The notes beneath the pieces were generated by a model. It searched no databases and was not told the DNA's origin. It worked only from the letters and a program-made list of their open reading frames with translations. A program made the translations under genes and the position numbers. A stretch of 64,000 nt of DNA. It comes from Rhizodiscina lignyota. Its lineage: Eukaryota. Each line of letters starts with the position of its first letter. Position 1 is the first letter of the stretch. This document shows, in pieces, positions 50,567 through 63,520 of the stretch. Location: positions 1 to 64,000 of the forward strand of contig ML978130.1 of assembly GCA_010015805.1 (NCBI GenBank). Reading direction: 5' to 3'.

Positions 50567-52657
50567 TCATACAGACCCATTCGCCGACCCATTCGCATGC
50601 GTCAGCTGATCCCTGGACAGTACGTGATCGAGAACATGCTGCAACTTGGCTTTGCAATCCGGAATCATCTTCTTCGATCGCCATGCAACATACCGATCTG
50701 GTCGAACGAGAACACAGCCGTCTTCACCAACCTCCCGTCTCTTGATCCACTCACGATACTTGTCGTTGTAGTCCAGTCCCCATCCGATACTGTACGACTT
50801 GATCGGAATCCCGGTGGACTTGCTTATCTCCGCAGCAGCCTCTTTCCACGCATCTCCGCCGTGCCCGGTGAATATGCAAAACGCACCTTTTCCAGCAATG
50901 TCAATGGTTGAGACAGGCTTGCTCGGAACCTTCGCAGTAAGCCAGGCGTGTGGAAGACGGTTTCCAGGATATGTGCTAATGTAAATGTCCAGAATGTAGT
51001 CTTTGGCGAATTCCGCCCGTGGTTCCTCATCGTCGAGATATACCGCCGATGATGTGTACCACTGATTCATGTTGAAACCGAAACTTTCTCCTTCACGTCT
51101 CTTCCCTTCCAATGCTTGATATAGTTGTTCGCGGCGGACTGTGCCTGCCTCCGTTGACTGCGACAGCTCTGCAATTTGTCGAGCGCCATCTTCAGGCGTT
51201 TCGGCGAACATTCCCAGTGCTGCCCACACTGCGGCATGACGATCCATGCATTCGTTTGATTCTCTTACGAGACGAGCTCCGACTGGCTGACGTTCGGTGG
51301 AGTAACTTTCCAACAACGCAGGTCCCGCAAGTCCTTTCGAGACGTACAAGACCTTCCATCCGAGGTTGTAGGCGTCTTGCATAGACGTGTTGCTTCCCAG
51401 ACTGGCAATTCAAGTTAGCTGTCGTTCATCCTTTCGTCTCATAGGGCTTACCCATAAGCAGGCGGGTGTCTGTGAGCAGCATCACCCAACTAATTGCAGT
51501 CAGAAACTAGAAAATGGTAAGTGAACGTGGGTTGCGTGTCTCACAAGGTAAACATTCCCGGGTTTCGAATACTTATCCGCCACAGTCTCGCGAATATTCC
51601 ACGGTTCCAGCCTCTTGACCTTAATCTCGATAGACTCATCGCCGATTGCCTCCTTCAGATACTCAAGCAACTCAGGACTTGTTGGAGTGAGGTGTCTGAA
51701 CGGGTCTTCCTTCAGCCCTGGTGAAAAGGCAACCAGCATCCAATCCGTGTACGGGCGAATCATACGAATAATGGGCGCAATACCGAACCTCGTCCTCGCA
51801 TCTGGCTTCATGATAACGTGAAGCTGAGCATCGCGATCACTCATTCGTCTATCCAGATCAGCAGTAAAGTGGACATTGCAGGCAACACCGCCAGATGGCT
51901 CCACCAAGAATTCGAAGCCACCGGAGCGTCCGACTACACTTCGGCCGCCATCGGCGCCAAAGAGGTATCGAGAGCGGATTTGGTATGTATTTTGTGAAAT
52001 GCGGTCTTTGACGGTGCTGACGATTCCCTTCCCATCATGTTCGAAAGACACGAGTTCTGTATCAAAGCGACACGTGATCCCATTAGTGCTTGCATACCGT
52101 AGCAAGATGGGCTCGAGATAGGATTGCGGACAGTCAAGAAATCGAGATGGAGTCGAAGATACAACGTCGGCCTTTTAGACGAAATTGAAAGTAAGCTTGC
52201 GTTTCGAATTCCTAATATTGCAGCCCGTGGGAAGTCGTACCTTGGTCGAAGGAGCGCCTCCCCATGCGTAAATCTTCCCGTATTCCTCACCGACCATGCT
52301 GTAGCACCACCGCATATATTCGAGGGGTGGTCCAGTGACACCCATTCGTACAGCATCATCTTCAAGCCCAAGTTCGCGGAGACATTCTACACAGACATTA
52401 GTGAGAACAGACCGTACCTGAGTATATCCCACTTACCCATTGCCATTGGATTCAGAAGATGCGCGCGAGGCGTATCGGCAGTACCAGGCGCACTGGAAAT
52501 CATCATTGCCTTCAAACCTTTGAAAATTAGGTCAGCATGCAGAGACATACATATCAAAGTCAAGAACAGAAATTGCTGTCTTACCATACTCGGCTAGAAA
52601 GCAAGCCAGCGTGGCCCCCGCTGGGCCTGCCCCCACTATGAGATATTCTATGTCCAT
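50567..52657 (-). CDS. FAD-dependent aromatic monooxygenase (PheA/TfdB-like), multi-exon
   Basis: IVGAGPAG, PRAH, PQSYLEP, GADGGRS, LGDAAHRHPP, QDAYNLGWK, PGNRLPHAW, LVRPDRYVAWR. Confidence 0.92.
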
Positions 52658-53098
52658 TGACGAAAGAATTAATCTGGACTTTGAAGATGAAAAGAAGAAC
52701 TCCTGAGAGAAGAAGTAATTCAACTGAAATACTTGAAAAGTGGATGAGCGGATGTATTTACAGGCGGAGTCCGATTCAATTGGGCAGTGGTGAGATTCGC
52801 AGTAGTGCTGATGGACCCTTGCACCAAAGGGGGTAAGCAGATCTTCCTCTCAGGGACAAACACTGTCAGAATTGTGGCTTAGCGCCAATGCGGCTATAGT
52901 AGGTAAGCTATCTGAAAACAAATCTGAGCATCGTTATTGCTTTAAAAAAGATGCGGACGGTCTGTTTGTTGATCGGTGAAGCGCTAAATGCCGTGGCGAT
53001 AGGGTTCGCGTTTGGTGTGGGAGCGCGACTTCCGGCTCTCCGAGCTGGATGTGAATTATTATTACTAGGAACACCGACAATCCCACCAACGAAACATT

Positions 53099-54761
53099 CT
53101 ATAATTGCGCTCTTTGATGGGCGCTGGATCCCTTTCGGACGTGCTCCGCACGTGCAGCCGCCTTCTTCCTAGCGATTCTTCCCAGAACAGTGCCCATCAT
53201 CAGACCGCTTCCTCCTGGATAGTTGTCCCAGAGCAGGCCACCGAGGATCGCCTATCTGCTCGCTTCGCTAATAACACCTCCGGTGGTTGACTCGACGGCC
53301 AGTCCGCCGAATGTGAATGTAATTCCCGTGGTGGCCTCGACGGCGGTAAAATGGGGTCTTTAATGATGTCGCCCAGCTCGACTTTGCAGGCATGATCTGT
53401 CGCGACTGCGACTGCGTAGACATGCCATCGCGGATGGCTGGATCAAACTTGTGGTGTGGTTTCTCGCGCGAAAAGGCATCGACCGCCTCGTTATATTCCG
53501 AAATTGTAGCGAGGAACTGTGCCTTATCCTTCAGGCCCTTTGCAACCAGTTTGTCTGCTAGTTCGTCTAGAGTGTTTGTTCGAATATTCTGAGTGACATC
53601 GTCTGCATATTCCTCAATCCTCAGCCATTTTGCTTGTTCCGCATCCCAAATCTGAAACGCAATGCCCTGCGGCTGTTTGAGAAATCTCCTTTCCAAAGAT
53701 AGCGTACGTGAAATTCTTCAAGTCGAATCCTTCATCGACGAAGCGCTTGCCTACCGTATTGAGCATGAGCCCCAGTGGATAACCTGATTTCGTGTATTGG
53801 TTTGTAATTGTGTGGTTTCCTTCCTCCACCGGTGAATTTGCATCCCAAGCGACAGAATGACAGCCATAAGCTTTACTCCAGCTGCTCGGGCCATCATGTG
53901 GCCGTCACCTGTGTTGTATCTGCAGCCTCGGACATGCGCAAAGATCCCATCCAGGTCCGAGATATTTGGATCGCAAAGCTGGAGATGCTTGAAAACCACC
54001 GCTGGCGAGAACAACTCCGCCGCTTGCTCCAAATCTGCGATATCGGCCGTGCTGCAGCGCCTTGATGCCAGTAATATCGCCTGCCGAATCATCGGTGAGA
54101 AGCTCGATGGCGGGCGAGCAGTAGAATATCGTGACACTAGTCTTTCTCGTCCATTCATTGTGGAGTTTAAACAGCTCTTTTCCTTGGCCTGTGGCGGGTA
54201 AGGTTCTGTTAAGCAAGTTGGCAATGGAGAACGATACCGATCATATTCATCACCATGCCACCCCAAAACTTGGATTTGTCGTCAACATTGAAAGCCTGTC
54301 GATTGAATGAAAGCATGAATTTCGCTCCCTGGCCTACCAACCACTGAATGGCATCTCTCGAGTTATCCACCAGGACGTTCGCTAGCACCGGATCTGCACG
54401 ACCTTTCGTGACGCGATTGATATCCTGGTGCAATCAGCGATCAATGTGTACTGTCAGATGATCGTAATGAACCGCATGGAAGTCCTCCTTTGTGTACGGT
54501 GCCATTTCGATTCTCTTGACAAGGTCGTCCGATAGGCTCTTCGTACCATTGGACTGATACAGGAAAGGGAGAAGATCCGGTAGTCCATCAAAACAGCATC
54601 GAAATCCAGCAGGTGTGAAATAGGTGTTCCGCCCTGCGTTATCTTCTGGTGCCTTTTCAACCAAAGCTACACGAGCTCGATTTTTCGCAGCTGTCGTTGC
54701 GGCGGAACCCTGCATTGCCTCCACCAACTACGATAACATCAAAGACTTGATCAAAGAACAT
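53099..54761 (-). pseudogene. TcuA/CobZ-like FAD-dependent (tricarballylate) dehydrogenase pseudogene
   Basis: FDVIVVGGGNAG, KFWGG, VVLASGGF, VRGCRYNTGDG, RFVDEG..FTYA.FG, GITFTFGGL and NYPGGSGL spread over several frames, with stops and deletions. Confidence 0.85.
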
Positions 54762-55454
54762 GATGAGCGACTACATTTGGAGCACATAGTCACATTGGAG
54801 AGAGTTATAAATGGAATTAGCGGAAATATACCTTATTTAGCATTCTCAGTACTCAAGACGGGGCGCCGAGGCATTGAGACAGCGGAGATGCATATCCCGC
54901 AGAGTGGAGAGGAAAGTCGAAGAATCCCACTCCATCTGAGTATTGCCATTCGACTTTATAATACACCGCAGATGGCTGCTCTGTTGTCGAGTGCGAAACA
55001 AGCCCAATGGACATGAAAGCGTGGAGTTGAAGAAGAGATGGCGGTCTTCGCGATAAGGTAGGTAGGTTACTCATGGCGCGACAATCACGTGTCCGGACGT
55101 AAACTGAGTCAATGTCTCGAAAAATTGATTTCTCCTCTTTATAAAGTCGCCCAAATCCTGTTTCATAGTTGATACAATGAAGATATACAAGGCAATTGTC
55201 TTCAGTGTCAAGTTGAAGGTGCGATATATATCTACCGCTTGAAGCTTCTTTGAACTCTCCACTTTTATTCGATACAAAGTTACAGTACAAGGATCCATAC
55301 AGCTTGCATCATACGCGGAGATTTTTCCGACGTCAAAGATGAATATCTTCAGGAAAAGAAGTTGATCACCTGCTTCATCAGAAGTAATAACTAGCAGCTC
55401 ATATCTCTCACAGGGCATTCTCAACTTCGATCTTCATTCAGCTCTGGAAACAGG

Positions 55455-56679
55455 ATGGCAGCGCTCAATCCATTCAGGGTTGGAATGATCGGCTATGGGC
55501 TGTCCGCAAAAATATTCCATATTCCGTATATTCAGGCAATACCAAGTTTCAAGCTTCAAGCCATCTGTCAACGGAATCCTTCAAATGACGATGATGCGGC
55601 AAAAGACCATCCAGATGTGACTATTCATCGTACTCCGGAAGAGTTGATCAAAGATTCGGAAGTGGACGTTGTCATTATTGGAACACCTCCGGTGACTCAT
55701 CTCACTCTTACAAAGCAGGCGCTCGAAGCAGGAAAGCACGGTAAGTGCCATTGTCCCTTTCTGAATGGTTCATTCTGACACTCAACAGTTGTCGTCGAAA
55801 AGCCATTCTGTCCAACCGCCGCAGAGTGTGACGAGCTCATCAAGTGTGCAAAGGATAACGACAAAGTCCTTACCGTCTTCCAAAGTTTGCAGATTGTCTC
55901 TTAAAATGCATGCACAGCCATACTGACGTACGCAGATCGCAGATGGGATACCGACTTTCTCACGCTTGTAGAGCTTCTGCGGCACGAAAGCCTCGGGCGC
56001 ATCGTTGAATTCGAAACGCATTTCGATCGATGGTCACCTCACGCACCTCAAGGTTGGAAAGGTGACCAGAATCCAGGCCAAGGCGTTGTGTACGATCTCG
56101 GTTCGCATCTGATCGATCAGGTCGTTAATTTGTTCGGAATGCCAAAGAAAATTACCGGCTTCATTCATCGTCAACGTCAGCCGCCCACGGACCTCGAGGA
56201 CTCATGTACTGTCCTGTTGCATTACAATGGAATGCTCGCCATTGTAAAAGCGAGCGTGATGAGCTTGCAGTTGAAGCAGCTAAGATTCAAAGTGCGCGGG
56301 GACAGCGGAGGGTACAAGAAGGTATGCAGCATGTTCTTTTCATTCCAATGCTAGCGTATGCTAATCGCATCAGTATCATCTGGATCCGCAAGAGCCTCAG
56401 CTCAAAGCGGGCATGAAGCTCGACCACCCGCACTTTGGTCGTGAGCCAGAAGAGGATTATGGCATTCTAACCGTCGTCGACAAAGACAAGGAGATCGTGG
56501 AACGGCGGTATCCGAGCCTGGATCCTGTGACGTATCTTGGATTCTACAAGTCGCTCGCGAGCGCATTGCTTGGACAGTCTCCGGTTCCGGTTGAGGCGAA
56601 GGATGCCCGAGATGTGATCTACTTGATCGAGCTGGCAAGGAAGAGCGCCCAAGAAGGCCGTACGTTGGATGTGGAATGA
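55455..56679 (+). CDS. Gfo/Idh/MocA-family oxidoreductase (YhhX/YdgJ-like), 4 exons
   Basis: GMIGYGLSAKIFH, GKH|VVVEKP, FQN|RRWD, YDLGSHLIDQ, HLDPQE. Confidence 0.9.
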
Positions 56680-57771
56680 AACTGCTTACGGAGTATTCCT
56701 GCACTTCACACTATGTTCATGATACTTTGGAGCTCTGGCAAGCAGGAAGATAACGACTTTTGCGTCCGAAATGTGTCCGTAGTGTGCGGCTTTGTTCAGC
56801 CTATTGGTTAATGTGACATATCATGGTCTGCCTCGTTCGAGGGTTCTTTTTCAGACCCCACGCTATTTGTTCGGCACCTTGGTGCAGGTGAGCTTTTTAC
56901 TTTTCCGTCACAGTGCTTAGGGGGTAGGATTCGCTGCCGATGGTCGGGTTGTGGTTGGGACTGCGCGGTATGCTCCGCAGTCACGATCCTTCGTTTCATC
57001 ACAAAGAGCGTGGGACACTCCGACAGATCTTCTGGAAGCAGAAGAGGCCCGATGTCGCCAACGGACTCCAGCAGTTTACAGATGCAGAGTATAAAGCAAT
57101 CCAGATGAGACGGAGAACAGGGAATCGAAGGATCAGGGGTTCGCGGTACGCGTCTTCCGCTCCCGTCTTACGTGTCAGCGCTATTCAGCCTTACCAGCCA
57201 TCTCCCGCTCCCCACGATCATCCCCTCGTCTCAAACGTCAGCGAACGCATCAACATGAGACATTTGCAGTTTTCACGCCTTCCAAAGTTCTTACAAAAGA
57301 ATTGGGGCCAGGGACTTGTCAGCGGAGAGATGGCATCGGTCGATGAACCGTGGAAACACCGGCCTTCAAGCTTATTCCCTCCAGGCTCCACGCAGCCCGA
57401 AATGAACCTGAACGCTTCGATGGCGGATCGCAAACGTTGCCCAGTTCATATGGATAAAAGGCCCCATAGACTTGGCCTGCAGCGGGAGCAACATCCGACA
57501 TTCAGGGACATTTGTAGGGCTGCCTAGTTGTAAGTCACTTCAGCCTTTCCTTTAAATGCCGCGAGTCAGAGTCTTGCATGTCCTTCTCGACTTTTCCATG
57601 GCTTTGCGTGTGAGCCCATGTATCAGAGCGGCGCTCTCCTTCGCTGTTATCGGTTCATAAGTATCTGTCGTCATCACGATCTCTTCGTCTGTTCCCAAGC
57701 ACCCTCCAGGTCAGGCTCCACCTGGCGGTCCAATTGGAGGTCCACCAGATGAAGATAGTCCGCATGGCATC

Positions 57772-59242
57772 ATGCACTACAACGGACTAACAACGCTTGC
57801 CCTCACGTGGGTCTTTACCGCACTCTCACTCATCGTCCTTCTTCTCCGTCTGTATACGCGATTCTTCTTTGCTCGGAACTCGAGCTACGAGGATTGGGTG
57901 ATAATCTTGGCTGGTGTAAGGGCGCTCTGAAGCTTGAAGGCCATCAGATCTAATGCATTATAGCTAAGCACATTGACATTGAGTGTGATCATATACGAAG
58001 GTAAGTCGGCGAGCACTGCTTTCGAATGTTTGAGACTAACAACAACTATAGAAGTCGCACACGGCTTTGGAAATGACATATCGACTCTCAACCAGGGGAG
58101 AAGGGTTAATGCAGTTCAGGTAAGCATCAATAGTACAACCGCTTTGCGTACAAGGTCGATTGACTCTTTCAGTTATGGTGGATTAGCCTGTTTGTCTATT
58201 ATCTGTGTTTGTTCCTCGTCAAGATCTCAATCCTCCTCCAATACCTCCGAGTCTGTCTGAAACCAAGATTCCGGCTCGCGTGTATCATTATCTTGAGCTT
58301 CTGTGTAAGCTTCTCGGTCTGGTCCTTCATCAGCAACTTCATTCTGTGCACGCCGGTGCAATGGTTCTGGGATAGATTCTCCTCCGGGACCGCAACTGGC
58401 CACTGCATCAAGGAAAATATTTTATGTTACACTAATGCTGCCATCGACATTGCTACCGACATTGCAATAGTTATCCTCCCAATTTCAGCGATCCGAGCTT
58501 TGAAGCTCCCCTGGAGGCAAAATATTGCTTTGATACTTGTGTTTGCATTGGCAGGCTTGTAATTCTCACTCCCGATCTGCTTCCGAAGCACCGATATTCT
58601 TATTGCGAGGACGTTACTAATCATAGTTTTAGTGTTTGCGTTGCATCAATCCTCCGACTCCAAGCGTTGATTGCGGCTGGCAATTCCAACGATCCATCTT
58701 GGGATCAAACACCCGCTGCTGTGTGGTCGTCTATCGAAGTCAATCTTGGAATAATATGCGCTTCCCTGCCACCTCTGCGACCACTCATCGCACATTGCGG
58801 AACGTATATCATACCAGAAACGATTCACAGTCTTAATACGAATACCGCTACCGCTGGAGGCACAGCTGGTTCTGGAGCGCTACCAACACACCCAGTCTCA
58901 AAAAGCAATCCCAATTCTCGAAAGAAGAACCGCAGTAGTAAACGATTTTCATTTCGCTCACGTCCCGACAACGAGGGAGACATGGTTGGCCTCAACAAAC
59001 CAGAGTTTGCACCAGGGAATTATGTCACGATCATGTCGCGTTCTGGCAGTGTTACCCAGAAACCTCACATGCCGGGGGGCGTATTCGATGGCAGATTTGC
59101 CCAGTCAGAGACAAAGGGCAAAGCGATTGAGGTGGTGACGAACGTACAGCGGAGTAGTGCGACCTCGCCGGAATCATCGCCGTTGTCAACAGTTCGTTCG
59201 AAATCACTGTCATCCCAGAATAGGCGGGTCTGGCCGAGATGA
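57772..59242 (+). CDS. PTH11-like/fungal rhodopsin-domain integral membrane protein (true start may lie further upstream)
   Basis: LRLYTR..EDW, HGFG, KISILLQYLR, CTPV..FWD, DIATDIAIVILPI, WSSIEVNLGIICASLP, disordered C-terminal tail. Confidence 0.88.
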
Positions 59243-60307
59243 TGTATTGATGAAGACCAAGTGCGATGAGATTCACGAGGAAAAGCACTGGCATTTCGGA
59301 AGGGAAAAGATACCAATTGGCAGATAAAATCTTCCACATTTCATAGCCTTCTGTACAGCTCTGGATTTTGATGCAGCTCTATTGCCTGCGCGACAAAATA
59401 GGGCATATCAAAAGCCCACGGCAGTCCGTGCAAAGTCTAGATTGTCTCTGCAGGGAGTCCCCTGAATCTCACACTTCTCCGACTACAGAACATTCTGTTC
59501 CTGGGGTCGGACAGGGTAAATACTGAGACAAGACGCCGTAAGCAACCTCACAAGAGGCCAAGATAGGAATGTGTTTCAAGTTCGGGCAGGAAAGATGACG
59601 GCTGATGCTTTGTTTCATCGGCGCTCGATCTCAAGTTTCATTTATTACGGTCCCTTCTGCCTCATTGAGCTCGCTGCATATATCCCCCACTCAGCACAAC
59701 ACTTGGTGCAGGTTGCTATCTTCGGCGTCACTTTTGCCATCGAGAGATATCACGGCTAATTGAAAAGACGGAATTATGAACTTGGAAGCGTCTGCACATG
59801 ATTTTGGACATATTGCGGGCCACCCCGCTCCGCCGAACGTCGCTTTAACATGAAATTGTTCAACGCAACCAGCTTGTGCTCGAAGACCCATCTTGATGAA
59901 ATTAGCATATTCTATTCCTACTGCATGATTGATACCATGAATTGCCATATGATTCCATAATCCATGTATCATTGCACCTTCAAATGGATGGACGGCTTCC
60001 CTCGGCTCTGCCCGTTGGAAAGAAAGCCGTCCGACTTCGGGGATTTAGCATCCATTCAACGTCAGCGCTGGACAAAAATCTCATAGAGCCAAAATACTGC
60101 AAAGTTAAAGGTTTCGATGATCGTTTCGGTATATTGGTATTTACAATTGGTCCATCTTAATACATTTTTGTTTGCTCTGAGCAAGTCTCTCTCTGCTTGC
60201 ACTATCAGATATTGAAAGGCAAACGGCACTCCAATTCTGCCCTGACTGAATATTCAAAACCCCCTCAAAGATTGAGAAATTTCTTATTCAGTCACTCTCA
60301 ATCCACA

Positions 60308-61735
60308 ATGGTCGGCTCAGTCAGCGCAATCGACTCGGTCATCTTCCGGAACCTCTTTGGAACAGAAGAAATCCGCAAAGCAAGTGCCTCACTCCAAACC
60401 ATTACTTACACAATCCAATCAGACATGACAGTCTAACATGTCCCCCAGATATTTTCCGACGAAGCCTACATAGCCCGCTGCGTACAAGTCGAGGTCGCAC
60501 TCGCCATTGCTCAAGCAAAAGTAGGCATCATCCCGCAGGAAGCCGCGCAAACCATTGCTGCAAAAGCAGATGCATCCGCATTAGATCTTGAGCGCCTCGG
60601 CGCTGAAACCGAAATCGTAGGCTATCCCATCCTCCCGCTCATCCGGCAGCTTGTCCCACAATGCGGTGACGCGGGCAAGTACATCCACTGGGGCGCGACG
60701 ACGCAAGACATCCAAGACACCGCGTGGATGCTGCAGATGAAAGCCGGTCTGGACGTCGTCGAAAGGGAAATGAACGCTGTGATAGCCGACCTGGAGAAGC
60801 TGTCTAAGCGCTACAGAGACACCGCAATGGCGGGCCGAACGCATCTTCAGCACGCGCTTCCCGTGACGTTCGGGTACAAGTGCGCGGTGTGGCTATCCGG
60901 CCTCCTCCGACACCGCGAACGACTCGCTCAGCTAAAGCCACGATGCCTACTCGTTCAGTCCGGAGGAGCTGCAGGAACGCTTGCAAGCTTGGGCGACGGA
61001 GAAGAAGGCGTCAAGGCAAGGCGTCAATTGGCAGAAGATCTAGGACTCAACGACGCACCAATCACATGGCACGTCGCCCGCGATGTCGTGTGTGAGATCA
61101 CGAACTTCCTCGCTCTCGTCGGTGGGACGCTGGGCAAGGTCGCGCTGGATCTGATCCTCATGTCATCGAACGAGCTGAGCGAAGTCGCGGAGCCATTCGT
61201 TCCCCACCGCGGAGCATCGTCGACGATGCCGCAGAAGCGCAATCCGATATCAAGCGAAGTTATCCTCGCGGCGTCAAAACAATTACGTTCGCACGCGAGC
61301 CTTGCCCTGGACAGTATGGTCGCCGATTTTGAGCGCGCGTCGGGGCCGTGGCACTTGGAATGGGTTGCAATACCAGAGGCGTTTGTCATTGCTGTTGGTG
61401 CTCTACATCAAGCAGATTTCGCACTTGCCGGATTAGTTGTGAATGAGCAGCAGCTATTAAACAATCTGCACTCTACAAAAGGGCTCATTGTTGGAGAGGC
61501 TGTCATGATGGGGCTTGCGCCGTATATTGGACGGCAGCAGGCGCATGATGTGGTATATGACGGGTGTAAGAAGGCCATCGAGGAAAACAAATCACTGTTC
61601 GATGCGCTTGTAGACGTGAAGGAAATCTCGAGTGCGATCAGTCAAGAGGAACTGAAGAAGTTGTGCGACCCGGTCAATTACCTCGGGTCAGCTCAAAGAC
61701 AAGTAGACAGCACACTCGCACTCTTGGGACGGTGA
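60308..61735 (+). CDS. Fumarase/aspartase-superfamily lyase, PcaB (3-carboxy-cis,cis-muconate cycloisomerase)/Tad1-like; GC-AG intron 60380-60448
   Basis: YIHWGATTQDIQDT, MAGRTHLQHALP, GGAAGTLASL, GASSTMPQKRNP, ERASGPWHLEW. Confidence 0.88.
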
Positions 61736-61805
61736 TTGGTAAATGAATAGAATTTCTTGCTTTTGCGTTTGGACAGTGAATCCGCACTTCTGCTTTGTCC
61801 AGACT

Positions 61806-63520
61806 CTATAAACTGGCCTTACCCATAGGCTCAAACGGCAGAGCAAAGCTGAGGAAGCCCGCAGCCATGTACAAGCTGGCAGATACAAATACGGGCACGC
61901 TGGTGAAGCCAACGTACGTCGCAATGATCGGAGCCATGAGACCGCAGATACGATTGAACGCTGCAGCGATACCAGTGCCTGTGCCACGGTGAACGGATGG
62001 AATGACCTCGGGGGTGTAGCAGTACAATGCTCCCCACATACTGGCAGATCATTAGCATTGTGGTGTGATTATTTAAAGAAGTCAGAGCTGGGGATTAGAG
62101 ACTTACATGTACTGCACAAACGTCGCCACGCAATTGAACGCCAGGATCTGAGCTTGGTTCCTCGCCGCAGTGAAGGCAAAGAGGAAGATGGCTGATACAA
62201 TGAGCGCGCCTCCAAGGGTTCCTTTGCGGCCAATGTGTTTGATATTGATCAGCCAGCCACCGATCAGCGTTCCAGGGATACTGCAAACGATAATGATGAG
62301 GTTGTTACGGTATGTGATTGCGACGCTGGTGGAACCCGCTTCCGCTCCCTTTGTTGCAAGATATTCTGGCAAGAAATTGCTGTACAACGGCGAGGCCAAT
62401 CCGATCATACCCCAGATCAAGATAATGAGAGACATGCTGTACGCGAGTTTTGGTGTCGCAAACAGCGCCTTAACATGGGGGAATCCGGTCGGTTTGAGAG
62501 AAGTCGTGATGGCTCGCTTTACCGCAGTTCTGCGATCCACAGGCGTGACCTCATGAGTGATGCTGAAATCCCGCTCGACTTGCTCCAGATCGTTGAGTGT
62601 AAGCGGCTGCGTGATACCGTTGAATGTTGCAACCGAATTCAGCACGTCGATAGCTTCTTGATACCGACCTTGGCCGATCAAATACTTTGGCGACTCCCGT
62701 AACCGGAAGAAGAAAAAGCGGATGATCCAGAGGACCATGGTGAACGAGCCCATGGTGTACATGAGATATCGCCATCCCATGTTATCGGCCTTCTTGCATT
62801 GTCCCACTGGCGTGTCAGCCGAGCAGGAGAAATTGGGCAGGAATCCCCATGCTGTGACTGCAGGAATGACCTGACCAATAGACCACCATACGCTCAGAAT
62901 TTCGAGCAGATACTGATGCGAGGCAGGTAAAAATTCTAAGAAGATGGCACCGTCAACTGGTAGATTACCGCCTACGCCGAAGCCGATAAATGCGCAAAGT
63001 ACGGCGCAGCAGACGAAAGAATTCGCCGCACCAGCAGCAATACCGAAGACACCGGCGATGAAGAGCGTTGTGTTGAATACAAGACGGCGGCCAATCAGGT
63101 CAGCGCCAAAGCCCCAGAAACCTGCACCGCAGACAAGACCGGCAATGAGAGCCAGAGAGAGGAACGCAGAATGCTGTGGAGTGAACTCGACTCCGACCTG
63201 AGGAAGCGCATCGGACACGGTGGTTTGCCAGAGCTATTCAATTTGCATTAGTCTTTGAGATGCGATATGCCGAAAGGGAAATGTACCTGATCGCACAGCC
63301 AGCCGTAACCCGCAAGGACGAACAATCCCCACTGGTACTTTCCCATGCCCATCTTCTGAACGGCATGATTGACCAACGCTGCCTGGGCCTCGAACACAAG
63401 ATTGTCGCCACTCTCTTTAAGAGTTATCAGCTCCGGTCGAACGGATTCCAGTTCGCCTCTCGCGACATCGTTGTCACGTGGAGAGGCATCAACAGCAGTC
63501 TCGTCCTTCTTGATGTCCAT
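61806..63520 (-). CDS. MFS transporter, SV2/organic-ion-like (3 exons)
   Basis: GMGKYQW, ADLIGRR, GGNLPVDG, GWRY, ESPKYL, IGRKG, YTPEVIP..RGTG. Confidence 0.92.

Noticed and set aside
54853..55424. Minus-strand ORFs of 145 and 117 aa
   Set aside because: No recognisable domain; they lie in the divergent promoter region
56940..57527. 195-aa plus-strand ORF
   Set aside because: Atypical composition and no motifs; probably upstream region of the PTH11-like gene
60308..61735. Call as housekeeping adenylosuccinate lyase (ADE13)
   Set aside because: HWGATTQD, GGAAGTLASL and W-x-x-EW fit the PcaB/Tad1 branch better, as does the accessory location
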